Below, in pieces: positions 25,369 to 33,192 of a stretch of 33,369 bases of DNA. How positions within the stretch are numbered: position 1 is the first letter of the stretch; each line of letters starts with the position of its first letter. A model generated the notes under the pieces. The model was not told the origin of the DNA. It worked only from the letters and a program-made list of their open reading frames with translations, and did no database searches. Made by a program: the position numbers and the translations under genes. The DNA comes from a virus: the IMG/VR virus record IMGVR_UViG_3300025890_000010, one strand, 5' to 3'.

Positions 25369-25989
25369 TTAATACGCCTTTATTTTCATGCGACGGCCAG
25401 AACCGCCAAACTTAGTTGCCTCAGATTCGCTGTTAATATCAGCAAGTGTTTGCGCGTAAGTATTTCCCCAAACCGCAACACGCGCATCGTCTTTTAAGTA
25501 AGGGGCAGAGTGAACCAGTGCGCCATACAAATACACATCTGGGAAATACGTTAGAATATCATTGGTTGTATTACTGTCGCTCAAGGCGCTCACACGCTTA
25601 TAGTAATACAACTCTGTTGAATAAGTGCCGTCTGGCGTTGGGTAGACCTCAATCTCACCCGCTGTAATTGCATAAAACGCAGGCTTGCCAGTGGCATCAG
25701 AACTAGACTTACGACGCTTTAACATCTCAGCTTTGCTCAACAACTCGATCTGCGCCAAATCGCCAGACGTTACGTGAAATGTTAAAGCTTCTGCAAAATC
25801 GGCGGGCAGGGCGCTGAACTGCGTATCAATCTGCGCTGTAGAACGGCCCTCCATACGCCAATGTCTCACACGCCTGTTTATATCTGCTTCTGCAAGAGTA
25901 ATAAAATCTGGCGCAACGCTTGTTAAATCATCACGGTTAAGAAAGTCACCTATCGCTGTTTTAAGCTCTGCGTATGTCGTTAATGCCAT
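25369..25989 (-). CDS. Putative head-tail adaptor / virion protein
   Basis: 206 aa. The N-terminus MALTTYAELKTAIGDFLNRDDL...FITLAEADINRR is a pattern I associate with phage adaptor-type proteins. This is recollection only. Confidence 0.35.
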   Translation of the reverse strand: MALTTYAELKTAIGDFLNRDDLTSVAPDFITLAEADINRRVRHWRMEGRSTAQIDTQFSALPADFAEALTFHVTSGDLAQIELLSKAEMLKRRKSSSDATGKPAFYAITAGEIEVYPTPDGTYSTELYYYKRVSALSDSNTTNDILTYFPDVYLYGALVHSAPYLKDDARVAVWGNTYAQTLADINSESEATKFGGSGRRMKIKAY

Positions 25990-26208
25990 CTACGTCCTCA
26001 CTGAATTTTTACCACGGCAACCCCATGCCTTACGCCGTACTTTAACTTTAGGCGTGCGCTTCTGGCTCACCGTTCTTGCGCAATATGCCTTGCCTCGCTT
26101 TGTGCCTGGAGACGATACGCGCCGCCGCGTTTTGCCATCGCCATCCTTATATGTTGTGCCATCTGCAAATTTTTTGCTTGCAGGTATTTTTTTGCGCTTG
26201 GTGGGCAT
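25990..26208 (-). CDS. 72-aa hyper-basic protein
   Basis: MPTKRKKIPASKK...KVKVRRKAWGCRGKNSVRT. About one third of residues are K/R. The start overlaps the upstream stop (TGATG). Confidence 0.55.
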   Translation of the reverse strand: MPTKRKKIPASKKFADGTTYKDGDGKTRRRVSSPGTKRGKAYCARTVSQKRTPKVKVRRKAWGCRGKNSVRT

Positions 26209-26852
26209 CAGTTGTAAGGCCTTGAATTTGCTACCATTTGCATTGCCCTTCGTATTTCTTCGTCTGTCGCATCTGGAAACCTACGGCGCAACTGAGCTTC
26301 AATATCAGACATACCGGCAGGCGTTGCTAAAATATTTGCAGATTGCGTATTAATGCTTGGCGGCATAGGCGCTTCTGGCAAAACAGGAATAACTGGTGGG
26401 AAATCACTTATTTTTTTTAATCTTGGATCAATTTGAGAGCTTGGTTGCGTAAACTGCATAGGGGCAGAGGGTGTGTTTAGCATTGGGTCCATAACAGGTT
26501 GCATTGCAGAAGGAAAAAACTGCGCCATAACAAGCGCCTCTTTCTCTGCCTCAGTTAGCATCCTTGGCTCTGTTCCTCTTGCAAAATTTCTAGGGTCAGA
26601 AGTAACTCTTGGCTCAACCATCTGCGCCGCATTGTTCTGCATAGGCATAGGTCTGCGCATAGGCTTCTTTGCAAAATATGCAGAACGTTTGCCCATGTCT
26701 CGACCAAGCACCGAATTAGCTAGGTTGCCGATCATGCTCAACAAACCGCCACCTTGAAAACGACCACCACGCGCCATAGCACCGCCGCCGTCAAACATAT
26801 CACGCGCATTATAATAACCGCCTGATCTTGCCAATTCGTCAAATATGCTCAT
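26208..26852 (-). CDS. Met/Pro/Gly-rich hypothetical protein
   Basis: 214 aa. ATGA overlap with the upstream micro-ORF. Confidence 0.55.
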   Translation of the reverse strand: MSIFDELARSGGYYNARDMFDGGGAMARGGRFQGGGLLSMIGNLANSVLGRDMGKRSAYFAKKPMRRPMPMQNNAAQMVEPRVTSDPRNFARGTEPRMLTEAEKEALVMAQFFPSAMQPVMDPMLNTPSAPMQFTQPSSQIDPRLKKISDFPPVIPVLPEAPMPPSINTQSANILATPAGMSDIEAQLRRRFPDATDEEIRRAMQMVANSRPYN

Positions 26853-26980
26853 TTTTTCTTAGCCTTTTTCTTCTTGCCACGCGCAACAGCAAGATTAGAC
26901 CACGCATTAGGATATTTCACGCCGCGACGCTTCGACATTGCCTTTGCTCGCGCTTTCTGTTGAGGCGTAAGTTTAGCCAT
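26849..26980 (-). CDS. 43-aa hyper-basic micro-protein (not in the ORF track)
   Basis: Manual codon-by-codon translation gives MAKLTPQQKARAKAMSKRRGVKYPNAWSNLAVARGKKKKAKKK. The start overlaps the upstream stop (TAATG) and the stop overlaps the downstream ATG (ATGA). Confidence 0.55.
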   Translation of the reverse strand: MAKLTPQQKARAKAMSKRRGVKYPNAWSNLAVARGKKKKAKKK

Positions 26981-27087
26981 TACTTCTTCTTCATCTTCAT
27001 TTTCTTGCCAGATTTTTTTGCTGCCTTTTTAGCCGCAGCCATACCCTTTTTGCCGTAAGAGTACTTCTTACCGTTCACCATAGGCAT
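26980..27087 (-). CDS. 35-aa hyper-basic micro-protein (not in the ORF track)
   Basis: Manual translation gives MPMVNGKKYSYGKKGMAAAKKAAKKSGKKMKMKKK. GGAGG lies 8 nt upstream of the ATG at 27087. Confidence 0.55.
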   Translation of the reverse strand: MPMVNGKKYSYGKKGMAAAKKAAKKSGKKMKMKKK

Positions 27088-27150
27088 CACAAAAACCTCC
27101 ATGTAAGTTACGCCACCAACTTAACACAGAGAGCCTAGACGCCCAAAAAT

Positions 27151-28554
27151 TCACGCAATACCAAGCAAATTTCGCTTTAACTCGCCGCGCCACGTCTTAA
27201 ACGCGCCAGACAATGCAGTTGCAGCATCACTCGCCATCGTCAAACAAAGCGCATCAGCCAAGTCTGGTGAACCCAAGCCACGCTTGCGCATCTCATCCTT
27301 GGATTCAGCTTTCATTTTACCAGAGGACGTAAAGCTATACCTTATCGCCGTTAATTCAGCAATTAGCTGGTCATCTTTGGGCAATTTGCAACTCCGATCC
27401 TCTAACCACGCCTTGCACTTAAACCATAGCTCTGACCGCAAGTTCATATACGTATCACCCATAGATGGGCTTTCTGCTACGTTCACGCCACGCACCGGCA
27501 AACCCAATTCTTGCAAACGGTCAACAACGCCTGACCCCACGCCAATGCTGTCTACCAATATCTCAGCAGGGCGCTTAGACGGTGCCAATGCCTCATATTC
27601 TGCCACAATCCGACCCGTGGTCTGCATCAAGTCTAGCCCACGCCATGACCGTAGCTCAGTCACAATCGGCCCCTGACGCTTGCACAACGCCGTTGCATCA
27701 GAGCCAAAACGCGCAACGTCCAAGCCCCACACAACCGTTGCCTCATCGCTCACAACAACATCACGGTTTTGCGCAGCCTCAACCAAGTGATACGGAATAA
27801 TCGTGTTATCATCAGAAAGCGGAAACTCACCCAACACTCTCACCCGGTATGCATTGCTCTCAGGGCCATACCGTAGCTCCATCTCATCAACAAACTCATG
27901 GCTCACCAACGGGCTATCCTTGCACGACCATGTGCGCGTCCACCAACTATTCGCCATACGATTGTGACTCTCAAAAAACGTGCCGCTAGACCGCGTAGGG
28001 TTCGACAACATCAACGTCGTAGCATTATGGCCGGACATCGAGCCTGCCGCCGCCTCATACACTTGCTCTGGCACGCCTGACGCCTCATCAATAATCAGCA
28101 AAACATGATCGCTGTGCACCCCTGCCAAGGCTTCTGGCGTCTCTGCGCGTGCCGTTCTGCAAGATATAAATGCTTCTGCCGGGGCGCTCACTAGCTCTAC
28201 ACGGTCAGACTTCACGTTTAACAACTGCTGCAACTCTTTCGGCAACTCGTTGATCCACCGCTTTAATTCAGCAAACATCGCGTCAAATAACTGGCTACTC
28301 GTCGGCGCTGTCACAACAACCTTGCACGGATACCGCAACAACATAAACCACAACATAGCCCAACTTGCCGTTGTACTCTTGCCGGTGCCATGTCCAGATT
28401 TTACGCTCATCTTTCGTTCATCAAGTAAAGCACGCAAAAACTCAGCCTGATAGTCAAACGGCTGTGCGCCCAACATCTCCTCAACAAAAAGCACTGGATC
28501 ATTGCCATAAACAGCAACAAATTCCTCCATAAAGTTGCTCGGCGCACTACTCAT
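27151..28554 (-). CDS. terL: Terminase large subunit
   Basis: Walker A KSGHGTGKST, Walker B LLIIDEASGV, nuclease-domain VWGLDVARFGSD. The start at MSSAPSNF (28554) overlaps the terS end by 8 nt. Confidence 0.9.
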   Translation of the reverse strand: MSSAPSNFMEEFVAVYGNDPVLFVEEMLGAQPFDYQAEFLRALLDERKMSVKSGHGTGKSTTASWAMLWFMLLRYPCKVVVTAPTSSQLFDAMFAELKRWINELPKELQQLLNVKSDRVELVSAPAEAFISCRTARAETPEALAGVHSDHVLLIIDEASGVPEQVYEAAAGSMSGHNATTLMLSNPTRSSGTFFESHNRMANSWWTRTWSCKDSPLVSHEFVDEMELRYGPESNAYRVRVLGEFPLSDDNTIIPYHLVEAAQNRDVVVSDEATVVWGLDVARFGSDATALCKRQGPIVTELRSWRGLDLMQTTGRIVAEYEALAPSKRPAEILVDSIGVGSGVVDRLQELGLPVRGVNVAESPSMGDTYMNLRSELWFKCKAWLEDRSCKLPKDDQLIAELTAIRYSFTSSGKMKAESKDEMRKRGLGSPDLADALCLTMASDAATALSGAFKTWRGELKRNLLGIA

Positions 28555-29056
28555 CGTTGTGCTCAATCGTCTTGGTCGTGTCTTGCACAAGCTTGGCCTT
28601 GCGCAACGCATCCAAATGCATATCCCCAAGGTTTACGGTAATCTGCGTCTGGTTTGCCGTGTTGCCATATCTGCTGCGGTTCCAAGCCTCTGCAATAAAG
28701 CGATGCTGTGCAGCTTCCTCCTTGGCAATACTTACGTCCAACGCAGATAGCTCAGAAGTCTTGCTCCCAGGGTCGGCGTTTCTGCGCTCTGCCTTGCGCT
28801 CCTCGCGTAGCCTCCGCATAATCTCAAAGCCTGCTTCTGCATGGGCATCCGCGCCTTGCTCACGGGCAGCTTCCATAGCACGCTTGTAGTCATCGTGATT
28901 GTTCACCAACCTCTGCAAAAAACCACGGTCCAAGTCTAGCTCACGCGCCAAGCCAGTTATGGTGCCGCCACTAAGTAAATATTCTTCAAGATAAGTTGCG
29001 CCTCCGCGTGCTTCCACTTTAGCAATCGCTGCGCGTCGTTTAGGTCTGCCAGGCAT
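28547..29056 (-). CDS. terS: Terminase small subunit
   Basis: 169 aa directly upstream of terL. N-terminal HTH-like GGTITGLARELDLDRGFLQRLV. GGAG RBS. Confidence 0.65.
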   Translation of the reverse strand: MPGRPKRRAAIAKVEARGGATYLEEYLLSGGTITGLARELDLDRGFLQRLVNNHDDYKRAMEAAREQGADAHAEAGFEIMRRLREERKAERRNADPGSKTSELSALDVSIAKEEAAQHRFIAEAWNRSRYGNTANQTQITVNLGDMHLDALRKAKLVQDTTKTIEHNDE

Positions 29057-29226
29057 GATTTTTTCTCCGTGTTATGGTCAAGTTATACGATAGGGGCGTG
29101 GGGGGGCAAAAATAGGTGCAGAATGTGTGTGGGGTTACACACAGACACACCCACCAAAAGCCGAGGGCGGGGGGGGTTTTTGCGCTCAATTTTGCCCAGA
29201 TTTGGCGTTTTGTTAACATAATGTTT

Positions 29227-29253
29227 ATTATAGACCGTTTGAAAATGGCGTAA
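29227..29253 (-). promoter_or_regulatory. Candidate late promoter: TTACGC (29253..29248), 15-nt spacer, TATAAT (29232..29227)
   Basis: The minus strand reads GGTTACGCCATTTTCAAACGGTCTATAATAAAC, about 170 nt upstream of terS. The spacer is shorter than the sigma-70 optimum. The -35-like element is part of a repeated TTACGCCATTTT box. Confidence 0.35.
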
Positions 29254-29333
29254 CCTATTGATATTGCTACGCTTTGATCTCAGAGCATAACAAACGCGCA
29301 AAATGGCGTAATTATTGCCATGCGCAAAATGCA
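29241..29333. repeat. Direct repeats AAAATGGCGTAA (29242..29253 and 29300..29311) and GCGCAAAATG (29296..29305 and 29322..29331)
   Basis: Read directly from the sequence. The two AAAATGGCGTAA boxes are 58 bp apart. Confidence 0.8.
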
Positions 29334-29401
29334 TAGCCAACGGCAAAAAAGGGGTCGCGTGCGCGTGCGAGGCTGAGCTAATGTGCTCACGCGCTTTCCA
29401 A

Positions 29402-29451
29402 CAAAAAAGCAGTACCAAGGCCAAACTGGAGGAGAAAACCTTAGTACTGCT
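29402..29451 (-). terminator. Rho-independent terminator ending the leftward early/replication operon
   Basis: The minus strand reads AGCAGTACTAAGG-(18-nt loop)-CCTTGGTACTGCT followed by TTTTTG. The stem pairs at 12 of 13 positions. It lies 83 nt downstream of the last gene of the operon. Confidence 0.7.
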
Positions 29452-29533
29452 AGTTGGAGCAACGCAGGGAGAAACACAACGCTTACTCTCAGACAAACAC
29501 AGAAAAAGCTTCTGTAATGCCATCATACACCAT

Positions 29534-29839
29534 TTAGTCATCCCACGTAAAAACTCGTGCATCTTCACCGGCTAAACGATAGGCAATCACCAAATAGTTT
29601 ATCTGGTCAATCAAGCTATCCTCATGAAACCCATTGTCATCCATACGCGCTGCCTTCAGTTCTGCCATCATCCTTGCAACATCGTAGGCCGACAGAGAGA
29701 CTCCCTGAGTGAGCTTTTCTTTCAACACGCCGTTCCACCTATCTGCAATGCTTTGGTGCATTTCTCGGGCGTCTCCGTAGCTCTCCTGACGTTCTGCAAC
29801 TATTTGCTCCGCTTTGTTAAAGATCTTCTTGTAGTTCAT
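29534..29839 (-). CDS. Small conserved phage protein (DUF6378-like pattern)
   Basis: 101 aa. RQESYGDAREMHQSIADRWNGVL...DVARMMAELKAARM...HEDSLIDQINYLVIAY. Confidence 0.5.
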   Translation of the reverse strand: MNYKKIFNKAEQIVAERQESYGDAREMHQSIADRWNGVLKEKLTQGVSLSAYDVARMMAELKAARMDDNGFHEDSLIDQINYLVIAYRLAGEDARVFTWDD

Positions 29840-30167
29840 CTATCTCATCCTTTGTTCTAGCTCGATATTTTGCGTAGCCTCTTTCACTGACTACCTTGAC
29901 GTATTGTCGATCTATTAAACTCAGCAACACTTGCATCACGTCTTTCAACTCTTCATCCAATGCGCCTGCTAGGTCTTTTGCTGTGATGACACCGTGACTA
30001 CGCATAAAGTCGAGAATGTGTAGCTCTGGCTTTGTAAGTGGTTCACGCCAAACCCTACGCCGTTTGTCATCTGGCAAAGCTGCACGTAAACCCAGACGCG
30101 CACGTTTTCGCTCAAACGTCATCATTCGCTTTTTTAGCATTTCCTCATCCATGCCGTTGAAGCTCAT
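29817..30167 (-). CDS. Winged-helix DNA-binding protein candidate
   Basis: 116 aa. LTKPELHILDFMRSHGVITAKDLAGAL...LLSLIDRQYVKVV resembles a MarR/wHTH layout. Confidence 0.45.
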   Translation of the reverse strand: MSFNGMDEEMLKKRMMTFERKRARLGLRAALPDDKRRRVWREPLTKPELHILDFMRSHGVITAKDLAGALDEELKDVMQVLLSLIDRQYVKVVSERGYAKYRARTKDEIDELQEDL

Positions 30168-30369
30168 ACTTGCGTTGGAGAATGATTTGCTTTTGCGCCT
30201 CGCTCCAGGTTGAGAGGTTAGGGTTGTTCAAAACACGCCGACGATTGGCAACACCTTCCAACTCAGCGAGTGATTTTACATCAGCAATAGCGCGTTTAAA
30301 TTCTTCATTCTGCAACTTGGAATAATCAGGAGCCTTCCAACGTAATTTCTTTACATCTTCTAAGCTCAT
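30145..30369 (-). CDS. Hypothetical small protein
   Basis: ATG at 30369 (MSLEDVKKLRWK). The track start at 30402 is TTG and would run into the iteron region. Confidence 0.45.
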   Translation of the reverse strand: MSLEDVKKLRWKAPDYSKLQNEEFKRAIADVKSLAELEGVANRRRVLNNPNLSTWSEAQKQIILQRKYELQRHG

Positions 30370-30388
30370 GGCTTGCCACCATTTAGCA

Positions 30389-30565
30389 ATACCAGTTCGC
30401 AAGCTATACCACTACCAATACCTATAGGTATTTGGTATTGGTGGTATACCAAGCCTTGCCTAATACCAAATGAATACCAAACGTATACCAAAAATACCAT
30501 TTGTGTAATTTTATGTAATAATATCAATGACATAATTTTGACCATTTTTGGTATACCATTGGTAT
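30389..30565. promoter_or_regulatory. Iteron cluster plus AT-rich tract: candidate replication origin (or dense operator array)
   Basis: At least 13 copies of ATACCA/TGGTAT. They include four direct copies starting at 30463, 30474, 30485 and 30494, two TGGTATACCA palindromes (30442..30451 and 30549..30558), and the 16-bp palindrome AATACCTATAGGTATT (30417..30432). A roughly 48-bp AT-rich stretch lies at 30500..30548. Confidence 0.55.
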
Positions 30566-30570
30566 AGTCC

Positions 30571-32475
30571 TCATAATTTGTACTTTTGCCGTACCAACCA
30601 GAAAAACCCTTGATTTTTGCTTATTTCGCCTTTTTGAAGCAGCCCATCGACGGCTCTGACATAGGCTTGGCTTTTGTTGGTAGCGGTTACTTTTCCGTAA
30701 AAATGTTTACGCAGATCATCTTCCTCAATGACCCATCTTGACCCCCCATCAGGCCATCCAGTACCACCGGGATTTTGCTTGCCAACGTGCTCTGACCAAA
30801 GCTGTTTAAAGCAGCTCATCACAAGGTTTTCATTTTTGGTAAACTTTACTTTTGCGTCTTGTTGCCGTTCCTCATCCACTGGCACGACATAGCAGCTAGT
30901 GACAGGATCACCGTCCTCATCTACACCTAGCTCAACAGCGTTCAACTCAAATGCAAACTCTTTGCCGCTTTCAATGTCTCTTTGTTTCGTTGCTTTGGCA
31001 AAGCGCATTTTTGCATCTTCGTCATATGTAAGCTCGATTTCTGTATCCGTTGCAGCGCGTAAGCTACTATGACCTCTTGCAGTATCGGTTGATTTGCCTG
31101 AGTGATGCACTGTAGCGACAGCACAAGCGGCATGTTCTCGCAGCGCATCAACGTTGGCTATATATGCGGTCATATCTTCGGGGCCGTTTTCATTGCCGCC
31201 TGAGAGTGCTCTACTTAGTGTGTCTACGACGATTAGTTCTATCTTGCCGTGTTTTTCTGCTACGGCGTCGATCAATTGTTTTAGCTTTGGCAAGTCTGCT
31301 TCTGGGTTTAGCAAGTTGACAGGGCAGGGCCGTATTGCAAGCTTTACGTTTTCGTCTTGGTAATGGTCTTGCAGAACTCTTGCTCTGTTGAGATAGCCGT
31401 TGCCACCTTCTGCTGCGAGATAGATGGTTACGCCTTGTTTAACTCTTTGCCCATGCCAATCTCTGCCTGCTGCAATGTGGTAGGCCATATCTAGCATTAG
31501 GAACGATTTGCCTGTGTTGCTTTGGCCGTAGAGCACTGCCATTTGTTCGCGCCCTAGCCATCCTTTTATGAGATAGTTTGATCTTAGTATGGGTTGCGCG
31601 TCATTTATCCAGACAAGCTCATCTAGGATGTTTGGCTCAACATAAGCATCGTGCAGCCGCTCTAAGCCTTGTTTAACGCTGTCTAAGCCTTCGCTAACGT
31701 GTATATCGTTCCAATCTGCACCATTTATTTCGGGAAGTGCATACTGCCTCTTTGACGCTTTAGCGGCTGCAATTCCTGGCGTATCATTATCTGCTGCAAT
31801 CTGCAACATAATATCTGGCCATTGTATAGCAAACGCATTGCAAATCTTGGGGAGGGTGCCTGCATCGAGCGCAAAGATCACTGGCACTTGCTGATCTAAC
31901 GCCATGTGCACGCTAACCCCAGTTGCATAACCTTCTGTGACCCATGCTGTACAATCGCCTGTGAGCGTACCTATAACGCCAAAAGCCTGATCTTTGACCA
32001 AACCTTTGTTGAACTTCTTTAGCCCATTGGGTGATATTCTTTGATGCCCAACAACCTCTTGCTCAAAATTATACAAAGGGATTACAACCGTATCACCATC
32101 AAGTTCAGCATTTATTAGCTCGATTTGTTTTGCCTCAATGTAGTTTGTCATATTGCTGCCCGGTTTTAGCTTAATTATGTTTTCAAAATCGCTTGCAGTT
32201 GGTTTATGCTCAAACGCATTTTCTTGTTTAAAAACAGGCCACACGCCGTCGTGCTTCATCTCATCTGTGATGCTACGGAAGTCGTTACACTGTCTGCAAT
32301 GCACTTTGACCATGCCCTGATATTCGTTGATGCGAAACCTATCTGTGCCACCGCATGATGGACACGCAGAATGATATTCAGCTTTTGAATTACCACCAGA
32401 GACGCGCTTCATGTTGTATCTGGTGATAATCAAGTCTGACCATTCTGACCAATATGGCTGTTCGTAGTCAGGCAT
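30571..32475 (-). CDS. Bifunctional primase/helicase: zinc ribbon, Toprim and a RecA-like (AAA_25/RepA-type) NTPase
   Basis: CPSCGG...CRQC zinc ribbon. Toprim TEGYATG...AADNDTPG. Walker A GQSNTGKSF. Walker B ELIVVDTLS. Start chosen at MPDYEQ (32475), after TAGGAC; the track start at 32499 overlaps the SSB gene. Confidence 0.85.
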   Translation of the reverse strand: MPDYEQPYWSEWSDLIITRYNMKRVSGGNSKAEYHSACPSCGGTDRFRINEYQGMVKVHCRQCNDFRSITDEMKHDGVWPVFKQENAFEHKPTASDFENIIKLKPGSNMTNYIEAKQIELINAELDGDTVVIPLYNFEQEVVGHQRISPNGLKKFNKGLVKDQAFGVIGTLTGDCTAWVTEGYATGVSVHMALDQQVPVIFALDAGTLPKICNAFAIQWPDIMLQIAADNDTPGIAAAKASKRQYALPEINGADWNDIHVSEGLDSVKQGLERLHDAYVEPNILDELVWINDAQPILRSNYLIKGWLGREQMAVLYGQSNTGKSFLMLDMAYHIAAGRDWHGQRVKQGVTIYLAAEGGNGYLNRARVLQDHYQDENVKLAIRPCPVNLLNPEADLPKLKQLIDAVAEKHGKIELIVVDTLSRALSGGNENGPEDMTAYIANVDALREHAACAVATVHHSGKSTDTARGHSSLRAATDTEIELTYDEDAKMRFAKATKQRDIESGKEFAFELNAVELGVDEDGDPVTSCYVVPVDEERQQDAKVKFTKNENLVMSCFKQLWSEHVGKQNPGGTGWPDGGSRWVIEEDDLRKHFYGKVTATNKSQAYVRAVDGLLQKGEISKNQGFFWLVRQKYKL

Positions 32476-32479
32476 TGTC

Positions 32480-33178
32480 CTAGAATGGTATTTCATCATC
32501 TAGATCATTGGTTGCAGCTTGCTTATCTTTCTTGCCAAGATCATCACCAAAAGCAGACTTTTTAGGTGCCTTTGGTTCATCCTTTTTGCCGTCTAGCAAG
32601 TCTGCAAATTCGTTTACGATTGCATCAACTGGCGCTTCAACAAGGTCATTAAATGGATTGCTTTGTTCTTGCTGTTCACGTTCTGCAAGCTCAACCACCA
32701 TCACGCCTTCTGGCCGTAGCTGCACCCCTGTTTTACCTGCGAATGACCAAGGGTAGATTTTAAGCATAACGTGTATTGTGCTATTGGTCGTTAGCTGAAA
32801 ATCGTCTGCTGCTTTGCTGCCATCTTTCATGTATTGGCGTGGCTTACTATTGGCGTCCTGGTAGGTTTTTTTGACAAGCTTGGCGATACGTCCAGTATTA
32901 TCCTCGTTTTGCGGAAATATATCTTCAATATCAGTTGCGTAAAACGGCTCTGACTTTGTTTTGTCGCTTTCTTTCCAAGCTTTGCGCATTTGGTTGGCAA
33001 GGTCTTTGGCTTGCTCGTGATCCATAATGACGTGCATTTCATACTTGCCGTCTGGGTCCGTTGCATCGCAAGGCACACTGCCACCTTTGGGCCTGTTTTC
33101 AGTAGGGGTTGGGTCAAATTTGTATGCTCTGTCCAGTTTCGGCCAAAGTGCTTTGACGTTTGTTAATCGATAATCCAT
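32480..33178 (-). CDS. T7 gp2.5-like single-stranded DNA-binding protein
   Basis: LKIYPWSFAGKTGVQLRPEGVMVVELAE parallels T7 gp2.5 VKYSLVPYKW...VKLQLESVMLVELAT. Acidic C-terminal tail ends in DDEIPF. AAGGAGA RBS. Confidence 0.7.
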   Translation of the reverse strand: MDYRLTNVKALWPKLDRAYKFDPTPTENRPKGGSVPCDATDPDGKYEMHVIMDHEQAKDLANQMRKAWKESDKTKSEPFYATDIEDIFPQNEDNTGRIAKLVKKTYQDANSKPRQYMKDGSKAADDFQLTTNSTIHVMLKIYPWSFAGKTGVQLRPEGVMVVELAEREQQEQSNPFNDLVEAPVDAIVNEFADLLDGKKDEPKAPKKSAFGDDLGKKDKQAATNDLDDEIPF

Positions 33179-33192
33179 GTTTGTCTCCTTTT

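Noticed and set aside
29094-29176. G-quadruplex from the G4, G7, G4, G3 and G8 runs
   Set aside because: The runs are separated by loops of 23-30 nt, and no single cluster supplies four G3 tracts. They are reported only as homopolymer runs.
29083-29568. 161-aa minus-strand ORF spanning the large gap upstream of terS
   Set aside because: It overlaps the 3' end of the upstream gene and reads straight through a strong hairpin plus U-run terminator and the homopolymer runs. It is Cys/His/Leu-rich with no RBS. It was treated as non-coding, but with only moderate certainty; proteomics or conservation could reverse this.
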